The notes beneath the pieces were generated by a model. That model worked only from the letters and a program-made list of their open reading frames with translations, did no database searches and was not told the DNA's origin. The position numbers and the translations under genes were made by a program. Of a stretch of DNA of 64,000 bases, positions 42,107 to 54,543 are shown one piece after another (position 1 is the first letter of the stretch; the number at the start of each line of letters is the position of its first letter). Source of the DNA: Takakia lepidozioides (Eukaryota; Plantae; Bryophyta); NCBI GenBank assembly GCA_030704615.1, contig CM060731.1:79546001-79610000 (forward strand), given 5' to 3'.

Positions 42107-43480
42107 ACTAGATATCTGACCCTCCCACTATGTCGCGGCCCTTTGCCTTGAGGGCAGGGGGTCGGGACGCAGAGGGGCTGCCCCTGTGGTGGGGGCGGTG
42201 GCAGCAATAGGTACGGGGGGCTGAAGCAACCTCGAGTACCCAGGCACTCGAGGAGGCAGAGGCACTCACTAGGTGGAGCCCCGCACACCGGGTTGCGGTG
42301 GGGGTGGCTCCACAAGGGGTGGTGGTAGCTTAGTGGGACTTAGTGGGGGTGACATAGGACTCACCATGGGGGCGGAGACCTTGTGGTGGGAGTCGTGGGG
42401 AGTCTTGGGACTCATCACGGTCCAAGGGGACCGTGGTGGGTGGGCCAAGACTCACCGCGACTCATCACCGAAAATCGAGGGTTTTCGTGGTGGTTCGCCA
42501 TAAAATGGTGGTGTTGTTTGTGAAACCCCCGCGGACAGTCACAGAAGTATATATATAGGGAGTAGTAACCCCGAGAACGGTGCAAGCCCGTTGGTGTCCA
42601 AAAACTAGTGAGTAAACGTGCGAGCCGGAAAGCGACCAAGATGTGGGGAGCTATTCCGGACTGCCATCGACCAAAGGGAATTTCCACTAGGCCCAAATTG
42701 GGAGAGGGTCTAGTGGAGGAGTAAAGGGGGACCGTAATGCCCCGGTGAGCAGCCGAAGCTCCGAGTTGGCCCGGCGGCCAGTTTGGGAGTTAGGCGCGCG
42801 CATCAAGCGAGTAACTATGACTTGAAGGGGAGCTTACCGAAGTGAGGTACGCGACACACTACTTCCGTTGACCCTCCCACTGCTTCCGTTGCAGGTAAGA
42901 GAATCATGCCAAGGAGTATGCGAAGCTTTTCGAACCGATCAGCCGGTAGTGCTTTCGTGAACAGGTCAGCTAGCTGTTGTATTGTCAAAATGTAGAGGAT
43001 GTTAATGGTGCCGAGAATCTGGTGCTCACGAATAAAGTGGTATTGGACGTCAATACGCTTAGTTCGACGATGAAACTCAGGATTGTGGACGAGTCGAATA
43101 GAGCTTTGATTATCGGAGTACAGCTTCGTAGGCTGAGCTTGAGGAAACCCCAGGTCAGTAAGGAGCCGGCGGAGCCAAACCACTTCCTTAGTGACAGTGC
43201 TTGCAGCGATGTACTCCGCCTCCGTTGTAGAGCTGGCAACACAGGTCTGTTTCCGGCTACACCATATGACAGGTGCTTGATTGAGAAGAATTGTGCAGCC
43301 CGTCCTAGACTTTCTGTTAGTAATATCCCCAGCGTAGTCGGCATCGGCATAGGCCTCAATGAGGTTCGTTCCGCTGTTGCCATCGTAACACAAAGCAAGA
43401 TGAATAGTGCCAGAGAGATACTTGAAGATTCTCTTGACTGCAAAACAATGGGACCTCTGAGGCCGAGAAGAGAATTGAGA
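42107..43480 (-). mobile_element. Ty1/copia RT C-terminus and RNase H (5'-truncated)
   Basis: Reads SQF..P...H..AVKRIFKYLSG, YADADYAGD, SSTTEAEYIA, YSDNQS, RTKRIDVQYHFIR and QLADLFTKAL. Removing the solo LTR gives the end ...TEAVGGSTEVVGGSDI*. Confidence 0.92.
42131..42856 (-). mobile_element. Solo LTR (726 bp) inserted in the copia pol 3' end
   Basis: Termini TGTCGCG...CGCGACA, perfect 5-bp TSD CACTA (42126-42130 and 42857-42861), and a CCCTATATATA TATA-like motif on the minus strand near 42550. Confidence 0.88.
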
Positions 43481-45775
43481 TTCCTTGGACAAACCAGCTA
43501 TTACAGAAGATTTGTCAGACGGTATGCACAGATAGCAGCACCATTGACAAAACTTCTCAAGAAAGATGCAGTGTTTGCATGGACACCTGAATGTCAACAG
43601 GCTTTTGAGGAACTTACATTGTCGGTAACAACTACACCTGTGCTGATTAATCCTCACTGACAAGAAATATTTCATGTTCACTGTGATGCTTCTGGAGAAG
43701 CACTAGGAGCAGTGTTAGCCCAAAATGTTACAGGAATGATAAATTCACCTATGTACTATGCTAGCCGATTAATGAACAATGCCGAAAAAAATTATAGCAC
43801 AACGGAAAGAGAAGCATTGGCAATGATCTATGCAATGAAGAAATTCAGGCATTACCTGTTGGGCAAGAAGTTTATTTTCTATGTGGATCACCAGGCTCTG
43901 ATATACCTGGTAAACAAACCTCTGATAAGTGGAAGGATAGCAAGATAGTTGATAATCTTGCACGAGTTTGAGTTTGAGGTTGTTTACAAGCCTGGGAGGC
44001 TGCATCTTGTGGCAGATCACTTGTCACGGTTATCAACAGGAGAACCAGCCACGGGAGTAGATGATCAATTACCAGATGCAAGTCTATTTGCAGTGGAGGT
44101 GCAGGGAAGTGCAGATGACTGGTTAGATTGGCAGTGGCCAATCAGATACTACCTTGCTCATGGTCAGTGCCCACCAAGTTATGGAAATGAGCAGAGAAAG
44201 AGAATTGCTATCAAGGCTCTACCTTACACTATGGTAGGGAGCAGAATGTATAAGCTAGGACCAGATGGAGTGCTGAAGCGATGCTTATACCACCATGAAG
44301 TTAATAAAGTTTTGGAGGAAGTTCATAAAGGAGTGGCAGGAGGTCATTTTGGAGAAGAGACTACCAGCAGGAAAATACTACATGCAGGTTACTGGTGGCC
44401 TACTTTGTTCAAAGATGTACACAAGTATTGTCAGAGTTGTGATGAATGTCAGAGGCTAGGACCTTTGCAGAGATCTGGGAAGATGGCTTTGCATCCTACA
44501 ATGCCTACGGAACCATTTCAGAAATGGGGACTAGACTTTGTTGGACCAATTAACCCACCAGCCAAGAGTACACAGAACAGGTACATAATTACAGCCACTG
44601 ATTATACTACGAAGTGGGTGGAAGCTAAAGCTTTGAGGGACAACACAGCCAAGTCCATAGCAAGGTTCATGTATGAGAACATACTTACACGATTTGGCTG
44701 TCCCTTGGAATTTATCAGTGATCAGGGAAGTCACTTCATTAATGAGACCATTGAATTATTGACTAAAGAGTTCATGATTGTGCATAGGAAGAGTACAACA
44801 TATTACCCACAGGGTAATGGGCAGGCAGAGGCTACCAACAAAATACTATGTATTATCTTGGCTAAGATAGTCAATGCAAACAGAACGGATTGGGATACAA
44901 AGCTGCTGACAGCTTTGTGGTCATATAGGACTTCATATAAAGTCACCACTAAGTATACACCATTCCAATTAGTTTATGGTATGGAAGCTTTACTTCCAGT
45001 GGAATTCCTGTTACCTACCATGAGAACAGAATGGGGAAAGAGAATGGAATTGCAAGATTCCATTAAGGTCAGGAAACATGAATTATACCATGTGGAAGAA
45101 GTACGTGCTGATGCAGCTGATAATATGATCAGAATTCAGATGAAGAGGAAGGAACAGTTTGATGAAGGCAAGTTAAAGACTTTTAAGACGGGAGATTTGG
45201 TTCTATGGCTGCAGAAGAAGGGAAAGATTAAAGCTTCTAAGCTTAAATCACCATGGAAAGGACCTTATGTCATACAAAAGATGTATGATAACAACACCGC
45301 CATGTTACAAACCATTAACAAAGAAATGCTGGGAAGAGTCAATGCCAATAAGTTGAAAGGGTACAGTGGTATCCATGACAAACCATTGCAGCATGATTTG
45401 CATGTTGAAACGCAAAAGCAGTCATGGGTTGCGCCAGTGTTACCAACGGAGTATGGAGCACTTGTCGCTAGGCCGAGCATATATGACCAGGGCGGACAGA
45501 ACAAGCGCGACACAGCCTATCTCAGCCCATCAAGGCGCAACACAGCCTATCACAGCCCATCAAGGCGCGACACAGCCTATCACAGCCCATCAAGGCGCAA
45601 CACAGCCTATCACAGCCCATCACGACGTGACACAGCCTATCACAACCCATCAAGGCGCGACACAGTATATCACAACCTACCACAGCGTGTCACAGCCTAT
45701 CACAGCTTACCACAGTGTATCACAGCCTATCATGGCGTACCACAGTATGACACAGCCTGTCACAGCTTAACATAG
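43478..45775 (+). mobile_element. Ty3/gypsy (non-chromovirus) pol: RT end, RNase H, integrase
   Basis: Reads FLGQTSYYRRF, HCDAS, NYSTTEREALA, GGHFG..C..CQ, WGLDFVGP, SDQGSHF, YPQGNGQAE and WKGPY. There are stops at Trp positions 43658 and 43946, and no chromodomain. Confidence 0.95.
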
Positions 45776-45780
45776 CCTAC
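45511..45780. repeat. 30-bp (3x10-bp) minisatellite downstream of the integrase
   Basis: (cacagcctatcacagcccatcaaggcgcga)n, degenerating toward 3'; it translates as TAYHSPSRR repeats. Confidence 0.92.
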
Positions 45781-46499
45781 TAGGGTTACACAATCCATAG
45801 AATCAGTGACAGGTGGACGCATGATAACTTCACGGAAATGGCCGGCGGAAGAAAGGACGGAAGCCAGTTTAGAAAGGGACACGTGGAAGTCAAGATGCAA
45901 CACACAGCTGAGAAGGAAGTGCAAGAACAGATGTCATCAAGAAAGAGGACAAGATTGGCCGTCAAAATACCTAATTAGCACGTCAATTCGGATGAATGGC
46001 GGGCCCATTAATGAATACGGAAAAGGGCCAACAGAACAAACGGCAAGTACAGAAAAGCAAAATTCTTGTCACATGTGTTATCTTAGTGGACAGTCCAGCA
46101 GGGAAAGTCCACTAAAGAAAATTAAATCTAAAATCCAGTCACAGCGGTTACAGCCAATCGAAAGCCAGAAAAGGGATCAAGAAATTGGAGGGAATTTAAG
46201 CGCAAGAGTCGGCGTCGTTCTAAGTAACGGGCGTCTCGACGGGACAAACCATCAATGCTATAGCTTTGAAGCTATGGAGGAACTAACAGACTATACGCTC
46301 GCAATATTACTTACGCAGTGGCATAGGGACGAAAGAACAGAGCGGATCTTTTCTCTTGATCGATGCTTGCAAGCCCCGCAGGCTTACAAGAAATTACCCA
46401 TAGCTTTTTGTGGCAACCATACGTTTATGCTTTGTGCCCTGCATGCATTTCTTCAATTGTTACAGCCAAAACATTTCTGTCAGTCTAGAATGAAGAGAG

Positions 46500-49400
46500 T
46501 GAGAGGAATGGAAGAAATCAGGGTGAAGAGCACCACAATCCTGCAGAAACAAACGATTGCTACTTCCACAGGCGGTAAAGTTACTGAAGGAACTGCGATT
46601 GGAAGGATTGCAAAGCAAAGATTGGACATTGCACCATAGACAGTACATGTTACAATTCTCGCAGAACTTTGAGCCAAGGACAGGAGTAACAATGGTGAAG
46701 GGAGTTGAATTAGTAATTACTCCCCTATACCTACAGCAATTGTTTCGATTGTCAGCAGGTCGGGTGCATGTGGAGGAGCACAGGGCAAGACTGCAAATAG
46801 GGGACTTATTCCAAGAAGGGAGTTTCTTTAAAACTCAGGGTTATGCTTGTACCAAGGCCGTGTACCCAGGGCTAAGGGAGGTAGGCCAGGTATTGAACGT
46901 TCTGTTTGCCATGAAACAGAACCAACAGTATTTGAGCAGATCCTTCACAGAAGAAATACTCAAAGCCCTGAGAGGAGAAGAGGTAGAATGGGCGGACATA
47001 ATGTACAACGCACTGGTAGAGGAGATGAAAAATTTACATGGTACTACCGCAAAGTCTCCTATCATAGTGTCTGGCCCAATCATTGCTCAAATAATTCTTG
47101 ATTTTGGCATACTTGATGCTCGAGAAAGAAAGGAGATGGGAGTGTTTGAGCCAGAAACCACTGCAATGGAAGAGCAAGGCTCTTCACACAGTGAGGGTGG
47201 ACTGGCAGGGCAACCCGAGACTAAGAGACAGAGGCGGGGGAAAAACTGTAGTGGCGGATCCACTGGCTTCACGGAATCCGCATAATAATGTTTCACAAGC
47301 TCTTGTGCAGGAAGGGGCACAACAGCACAGATAACTGCTATTACTGGAAGCAGGACCTTCAGAGAGGGAAGAGGAGTTACTCATAATCACAATCACAGCC
47401 ATCAACAGCCAGATGATCGGCTTGTCGCAGAGTTACCACACAAGTTGTCCATGCAGTTTCACCAGAAATAATTGATTTGGAAAAAGAATGGTTTAGATAT
47501 TCCCACTACAAACAGGTGGTGGCAGAAATTGAGAAGGGGGACCTTCTCTATGAATATTCTGGTATGGTAAAGGACCAGTGATTCTGGAGGTGCAACAGTT
47601 TGTCCAGGGGAAAACCCTGCGGTGCATTAATACACACACACCTGTGACGGAGGTACCACAGGTAGAATGTCAAGACACTGCAGCACCGGTGCGGATGAAG
47701 TGGTTTCAGGAAGAAAATTTGGTGGGGCAATGCCTGAGTGTTCGTAAGGCATCACCTGTTGAGGATCAGGGAGAACAGCAACAAGCTCACCAGATGACCC
47801 TGCAACAGGCCATGCTTTATGAGTTCCATAAGCAGGACACTTAATTTATATTGGGTACTTATGTCAAATCCCATGTTCCCACTAATCAATTGGCAAGCTT
47901 TGAGGGAGGAACTCCGGAAGGAGGTTTGAGGCTCGACTTGCCACTGAGTGTGCAAACAAGGTCGATGAAGAGGTCACTCTCAAGATGCAGCAAGACGTGG
48001 AGAGTACAGAAGCGGCTTTGCAATTGGCCAAGGGACAATTTGATTTAGGCAGGCCTCGCGCAAGCCCAGTTGCACGAAGGCACATAAGCAACAGCTATCC
48101 AAATGCAGGTGAAGCATTAAAGCAAGTTGCAACAAATGAATGCACTACATACGGAGTTGCAGACAGTGCATGACAGGATGACCATCCAATGTGCTACACT
48201 CACAACTATGCTTGACCAATCTACAATAGAAATAAACGTCAAACGGAAAGATGTACGAAGGCAGAGGCAGAGAATGTGTAGTCAAGTGAAACTCATTGTC
48301 GATATGAAGAATACAATTTGTCGCAATGAGGATACTTTCCATACTTCAAGCAATACAAGCAGGTTGAAGCTGACCAAGAGAGGCACACCTGGAGTTTCCC
48401 AACGGTCATGGCCAAAGAATGAAATCTCTGTCACTAACAAGGCTTGGAAGGAAGCCAATAATCTGCTTGCTGCCTATGCGAATTTGCGTTGAACCTCAGG
48501 CGAAGCGCATGGAGGCCTTACAACAGCAGTTAGATATGTACAAACTCAAGAGGAGCAGACTCTCAGTGGTACCACAAGCAACTTGGTGATTAACACCTTA
48601 TGCAGCCTGGTTAGCACAGGGCCAGTGGAGGGCAAAGCACCAACGAAAGCTCACCCAAAACGAGATGAATGAGCTCAGACTGCAAGTGCAGAACATTGCC
48701 ACAATACTATAGACAATGTCTATAGTAGAATAGTGGAGTTATAGGAGGATGTAGACGGCCGCCTGCAGACTCAAGTGGAGGACCTCACTTCAAATATCGA
48801 CAATAGAGTCTGTGTACCCTGAGGAAACAGCTAATGGCTTCTATTTAAAAAGCGATAATTTTGCTTTTCAGTCTTCTTCACATGAGGTGCAGGAGATGCA
48901 AATGGTACAAGAGCCAGTGCCACCAACACCACAACAATTCACTGTGCCAGTAGCTGACCCTGTTGTTACGCTAACAACAGCACACCACCCCACCACAACC
49001 ACCACAACATGAACAACAGACCAAGCCCTAGTATGGAGGGGAATGCTGCTTTTAACCCCCTAAACTCCAGCTGCAAGGGAGTAAGTAGGTCTATGATTAT
49101 TCCTTCAACCAAATTCCCCTTGTGTTGGATTTGGCTTGGAAAGAAATTTAGTCCTCCACAGTCCATTGGCACATTATTATCAAATCATGCGCATTTGGCT
49201 GTCAGTGGCAACTAGAACTAAGGTTCTTCCAACAACGACCCATTGAGGATCATCACTTTGCGCAGTACTGGCATGAGGCAGTACCATGTGAAGGAATTAA
49301 TTGCCTTCCAAGTTGTACCTGGATTCATTTATCCAAGACCAAGGGGTAGCAAGTATTGTCATGGGCTGTGGGTTATACTACGCTACTTGTTTTCCTGGTA

Positions 49401-49942
49401 CGTTATCACCTTGAAGTAGCACAAATGCATCACACGTTTCTGAGTTATTCCAGTGGGGATCCTTGGTCTTAACCTTCATCCACCATCATATGTACCTATA
49501 TGAGGCACAAGTTATGATGCAAAGGATCTCAAATTCGATCATGGTTTCGTGCGGCCGTAACAATTTGTCAACACAGAAATTCGGGCCTGACGATATTTTC
49601 TATAGGGACAAGTGCATGGAAATACTTACACAATTCACAAGTCATTGGTACCCCACTCACCTGGACAGACAAGGAGCCAGGGTCTTCACCAATTTTGCCA
49701 TTCAGCGTTTACAGCAAGTTTCAAAATTTAAACTTCCAGACATGGTCGGACAACATTGTATGCCCCAGAGGCTTCCACAAAAAGTTCGGCAGTTTAAAAC
49801 ACTTGAGAGGCGATGAGGATCTGATACAACTGTTCTCTTCTTTCATCCGACCTTTTGACATGGGAGAAGACTATGCATTCAGATGGCATAGAAGAAGCGA
49901 CGGGGGGTCTCCTATGCTGAAAGATTACCTGCGCTCATATCC
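46500..49942 (+). mobile_element. Degenerate additional 3' ORF of the gypsy element
   Basis: ORF 46557-47285 (VKGVELVITP..LQQLFRL..WADIMYNAL..GPIIAQII) is followed by broken acidic, coiled-coil-like and Cys/His/aromatic segments on the same strand up to the gap. Confidence 0.55.
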
Positions 49943-50442
49943 NNNNNNNNNNNNNNNNNNNNNNNNNNNNNNNNNNNNNNNNNNNNNNNNNNNNNNNNNN
50001 NNNNNNNNNNNNNNNNNNNNNNNNNNNNNNNNNNNNNNNNNNNNNNNNNNNNNNNNNNNNNNNNNNNNNNNNNNNNNNNNNNNNNNNNNNNNNNNNNNNN
50101 NNNNNNNNNNNNNNNNNNNNNNNNNNNNNNNNNNNNNNNNNNNNNNNNNNNNNNNNNNNNNNNNNNNNNNNNNNNNNNNNNNNNNNNNNNNNNNNNNNNN
50201 NNNNNNNNNNNNNNNNNNNNNNNNNNNNNNNNNNNNNNNNNNNNNNNNNNNNNNNNNNNNNNNNNNNNNNNNNNNNNNNNNNNNNNNNNNNNNNNNNNNN
50301 NNNNNNNNNNNNNNNNNNNNNNNNNNNNNNNNNNNNNNNNNNNNNNNNNNNNNNNNNNNNNNNNNNNNNNNNNNNNNNNNNNNNNNNNNNNNNNNNNNNN
50401 NNNNNNNNNNNNNNNNNNNNNNNNNNNNNNNNNNNNNNNNNN
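49943..50442. other. Assembly gap (500 N)
   Basis: Run of N; the round length suggests a scaffolding placeholder. Confidence 0.99.
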
Positions 50443-53400
50443 CATTCGCCAAAAAATTTTATGTCATCTGTATCGTAATCAGGCCAGTCTATAGAATTCG
50501 TTCCATGCAACCCCATTTAATCCCAGACATAATGGCATTAGACATGCACATTATACGATTATCAAAAAACGTGTGTGGTCTACACATAACGCCCTAGCGC
50601 ACTGGTACAACTACCTCAAAAACTATATGGCCTTGGAACTACAACCCTACGCTGAACGCATATTCCAGAACACTGGCACACACTACGAGAACTTAAATGA
50701 CCCTGGCAGCTTGGAAGCATTATCAAGGATTCTCAACAGTCGACCTCTAATCTGGAGGTATAGATCACTGTATTGCGATAAACCCATTGCCTGGACCCAC
50801 TCGCCGCTCCTCGGAACCTGGCGACATCCTCAAACACGTTTCAGTATACTTATTAAACACATCGCTACCCTTAATATTCAACTCCAAACTTCACCCTAGA
50901 AAATAGCCATGGAACAAGTCCACAACAATGCACTCTTCGACCCAACATATATACAAACAAACAAACCACCCTAAAATTCTTATGTAGTACAATATATCTA
51001 CAATTTTGCAATACAGATGCAACTGGAACCAAGCTTATCAACCCACACGCTTTCGCCCAAAATACCCTAGACCATTAACGCATCCCAACATACCAACTGG
51101 TCACCTACAAACCATTTTTTGCTACCCACAACTGCCTGCCAAAATATTTGCCATAAACTGTGCGACTTCGTCCCATCATCCATAGGAGCTTCTACCTCAG
51201 TACCGCTCCCAACCTACACGCCCCCCACTCGCTAGACTGTTTGTCGCCCCATATCCATCCAAGAGCGCTCAATCCATATCTGCCCTAACAACGGATCCAC
51301 AACACCTGACACAACACATCAGTACAACCCTACTGGAACCCACTATGAGCTGAAGAAATACAAGGTAAGTAAAAAAAATGCGAGTAGACCAATATGGAGC
51401 CTCGTGCGCTAATACTATGTACTGTGTAAATGAAAGTGACCCTGACAAGAAAGCCCACTTGGGAACATAATGACACCCTCTTGATCGCCCATCACCATAC
51501 AACAATTTGCAACACAATATCCAAATGATAACTGATTACTACCGCAGAACCACATTAACTATTAACGCATATTCATAATCAGCATATGCGGAACTGCAAA
51601 CTTTGACAAACGTTTCATTAGCCCACAAGAAATGTATCCAACCTAAATATTTACGTAGACGAGTGCAACCCATACATCGATATTCTTTGCACCCACCCCA
51701 AAGATCAGATCCACGCTGGCCTGCTACATATATGGACCACTAGGCTGCTACATTGGAAACATATTACTTGATAGATTGAACTGGCTATGGAAATATATCT
51801 CATTTAAACCCCCTACCCTAGCTGCAACCCCAGATCCCGCCAACAATTTAGGACAAAAGTTTCCACACTCATCCAGCGCTATGCTCAAGATTTGCCCCCC
51901 AAGTGTCCAACCACAACCAACAAGCTCTCTCTCGCACGTTCCCATTCAAACTTACCCATGGCCCTCCTAGACTTTCTTACAATAGAACTAAACTCACTCA
52001 CTCATACTACTCTAACCTCTCACATGCCCCATGGGATGAAGAGTTACTCCAGCTTGTAAACGCAGACCAGTGTTTCGGCTTTCTAGGCTTGGCCAGATCT
52101 CATCATTGGCAAGGTAGAGGATTTGCGCACCCACGGACTATAGTACAGCTATCGAAGCAATCCATGGCAAGAATAGTGCCCATATATCTGCCAAAGCCTT
52201 TACCGTATTGGATATTCCGCACAATAATCACAATAACACTGATCACCCGATGTTGGCTAGCCCCCCCGAAATGTTCACATTTGCTATATTTGACCTACAT
52301 ACAATCATCTATGAATCAACCCCACCATTACCAAAGTATATGAAATATCAGAGCCATCCCTACTAAACTAGTCTATGTACACACTCAGACAGCCCACAAA
52401 TACCATGTACTTCTTTTTACAATTAAAGCAAATACTAAACCAGTTGTTTGGCCCTACTGCCATAGAGTCTATGAGCCGCAACAAGTGCCCCACATCTACC
52501 TCGCATCAACCAAGACAAAACCATGGAATATGGCCACCCCGACCACCTTGGTAAGCCCAACAACAACACCCATTCGGACAAATACCGGACTTTACAAACT
52601 TAGCCCTTTTAAAATTCCCTCCTCACCAATGTGTATATACAGATTGCTCCTAAAAGATGCACATGCAGGGTATGGTACATACTCCCCGAAACAATTCAAG
52701 AACATACAATCGTCTTCAGTGTCGTCAAAATATTTAGTGCAAAAACTCATGGCTATACATGATGTGTTGAAAGCACTACCATGTCATCTGGTTCGACCAA
52801 CTAATACCTCTTTACGGATAGCTTAGTCTCTTTGTAGTTCTCCCCTCCTACTCCCTCACCTTGAACCCTCTTCTAAAAACTTCACCTCTCCAATCATCAC
52901 CCGACCTCACTAAAGGCCATCATTAGATATTGTACAATCTCTCCAATACAAATCATCTCCACAAAGTCAGATCCCATATAGGTATCACGGGTAATGAGAT
53001 AGCAGACGAACTAGCCCAACTTGGAACCATCCAACCTACTACTTACCCCACGACTGACCCTATTCACCTGGCACACACATATCCATTCTGGCTGACATCC
53101 ACTAAAGCTAGATTCCTGAACATAGCCCCCATTCGGGACCTACATGCATATATGACAGAAGAAGAAACTATCAAATCCGTGCATCGCCCACCTATCTAAA
53201 ACCCTACATTCCAAATGGGTTACGCCACCTCAGCTGCTCAACCATATGTCTAATCATTTCTGGAAATCTCCAATAATCACTGATGCCCAAATTAAACAAA
53301 CGCTCCGATTTCGATACGGACAATACATGGGCAATCAACGGCGTTAATTATTTTGGCTATCTATTATATCCTAACAATCACTGCACGTTATGTTATTCCA

Positions 53401-54120
53401 ACACCCCTCGAGTGGACACATGGTCGCATCTTCTTCTCCACTGTAAACATCCCATTATCCTTTGGAATTCACATTACTCGACATAATCAAGGAGTTTGAC
53501 TTTTCACACATCCTAAAACTAGATGGTACAACCTCATTAATGCAGACACATTTCAAGGTAGGCCACCGGACCACACAATACCTTCATGGTTGCTACCATG
53601 TACATGCGCTAATCATCCATGCCTATGTATGGCAAGATTATGTCCAGATATTCTTCTTGTCCAAGGACTCCCCATCTCGTTCGGCAGCACCAACAGGTCC
53701 ACTCCCCTCCCTCACTATCCACATCATGAATTTACCTTCTGTCATGACAGAGATCCGACCAATCCATTGTATTCAAACGTGAAAAATACGAGCCCTAGTT
53801 CTAGCCCTCCGTCAATATGGATGGAACACTGCCCCTCTGACAATTATCACTGCTAGTGTCAGAGGGGGAGCTCTATGTCACAACAGTCTAATCCTAAAAG
53901 AAAACCTAAACTACCTCATAAATATACCACCCCCCTATTACGAACATTACACTTCACGGCCATCACTTCATTATCAGCCATTATCCTCAACAAAAGAAAG
54001 ATTGAAAGTGGCCAGCTTGCTGCTTAGTAACTGGTTCTTGTTACCATAGAGCCCACCCCCGAAAGGGGGCATACCCACACGGGGAAGAGGCTCTTATTTA
54101 CGCTAGCTTTGGCTGGCGTC
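50443..54120 (+). mobile_element. Degenerate non-LTR retrotransposon with RNase H, CCHC finger and restriction-like endonuclease (Dualen/RandI-like)
   Basis: RNase H pieces read VYTDCS, AGYGTY, LMAIH, LFTDSL and LHKVRSHIGITGNEIADELA. They are followed by LRFRYGQ, CTLC..DTWSHLLLHC, ITRHN, IPSWLLP, RLCPDILL, EFTFCHD, YGW and LH..A....IILNKRKIE, with a stop at ~54027. Confidence 0.8.
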
Positions 54121-54459
54121 ATATATCTATATATATATATTATAATATATGCTAAGGAGAAAATACGAACCTAAACCTCAGACGCTAGCATTTCGACAAT
54201 CACACCGATGACTATATACATTTTGGGACAGAACCCCTAGCATCAAAGATCATTACAAAAATATGTCATTTCGTCAACGTGGCCACCTCAGATTGAAAAC
54301 TCAGGGTATGAGGTCATGTTCGTAAAAAAATGTGCATGGGATTTCCTTTCACCAAACCCAAAGAGCTTTAGCATTATTAATGGCTCAGAGAAGAAAAATG
54401 GTTTTTTTTCTCTCGTGAGTCAATAAGTATTTGAATCGGAAAAAAAGAAGTTAAAAAAA

Positions 54460-54543
54460 ATGCCTCAACTAGATCAATTTACGTATTTGACGCAATTTGT
54501 TCAATTATGTGTGTTTTATATGACTTTTTATGTATGATTATAT
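54460..54543 (+). pseudogene. atp8: Mitochondrial atp8 5' fragment (NUMT)
   Basis: Reads MPQLDQFTYLTQFVQLCVFYMTFYV*LY, against the recalled bryophyte atp8 MPQLDQFTYLTQFVWLCVFYMTFYVLLY. The upstream sequence is AT-rich. Confidence 0.85.

Noticed and set aside
42126-42861. CACTA flanks as a CACTA/En-Spm transposon
   Set aside because: CACTA occurs as a direct 5-bp repeat outside TG..CA termini, so it is an LTR target-site duplication and not inverted ends.
45511-45780. Regular 30-bp repeats as a CRISPR array
   Set aside because: Head-to-tail units with no unique spacers and no cas genes; a minisatellite inside a retrotransposon.
49695-50597. Long ORFs spanning the N run
   Set aside because: Artefacts of translating the assembly gap.
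54460-54543. atp8 codon 15 as the target of the DYW protein in this window
   Set aside because: The upstream bases do not match the predicted UGnYUnGUnUUnGY pattern.
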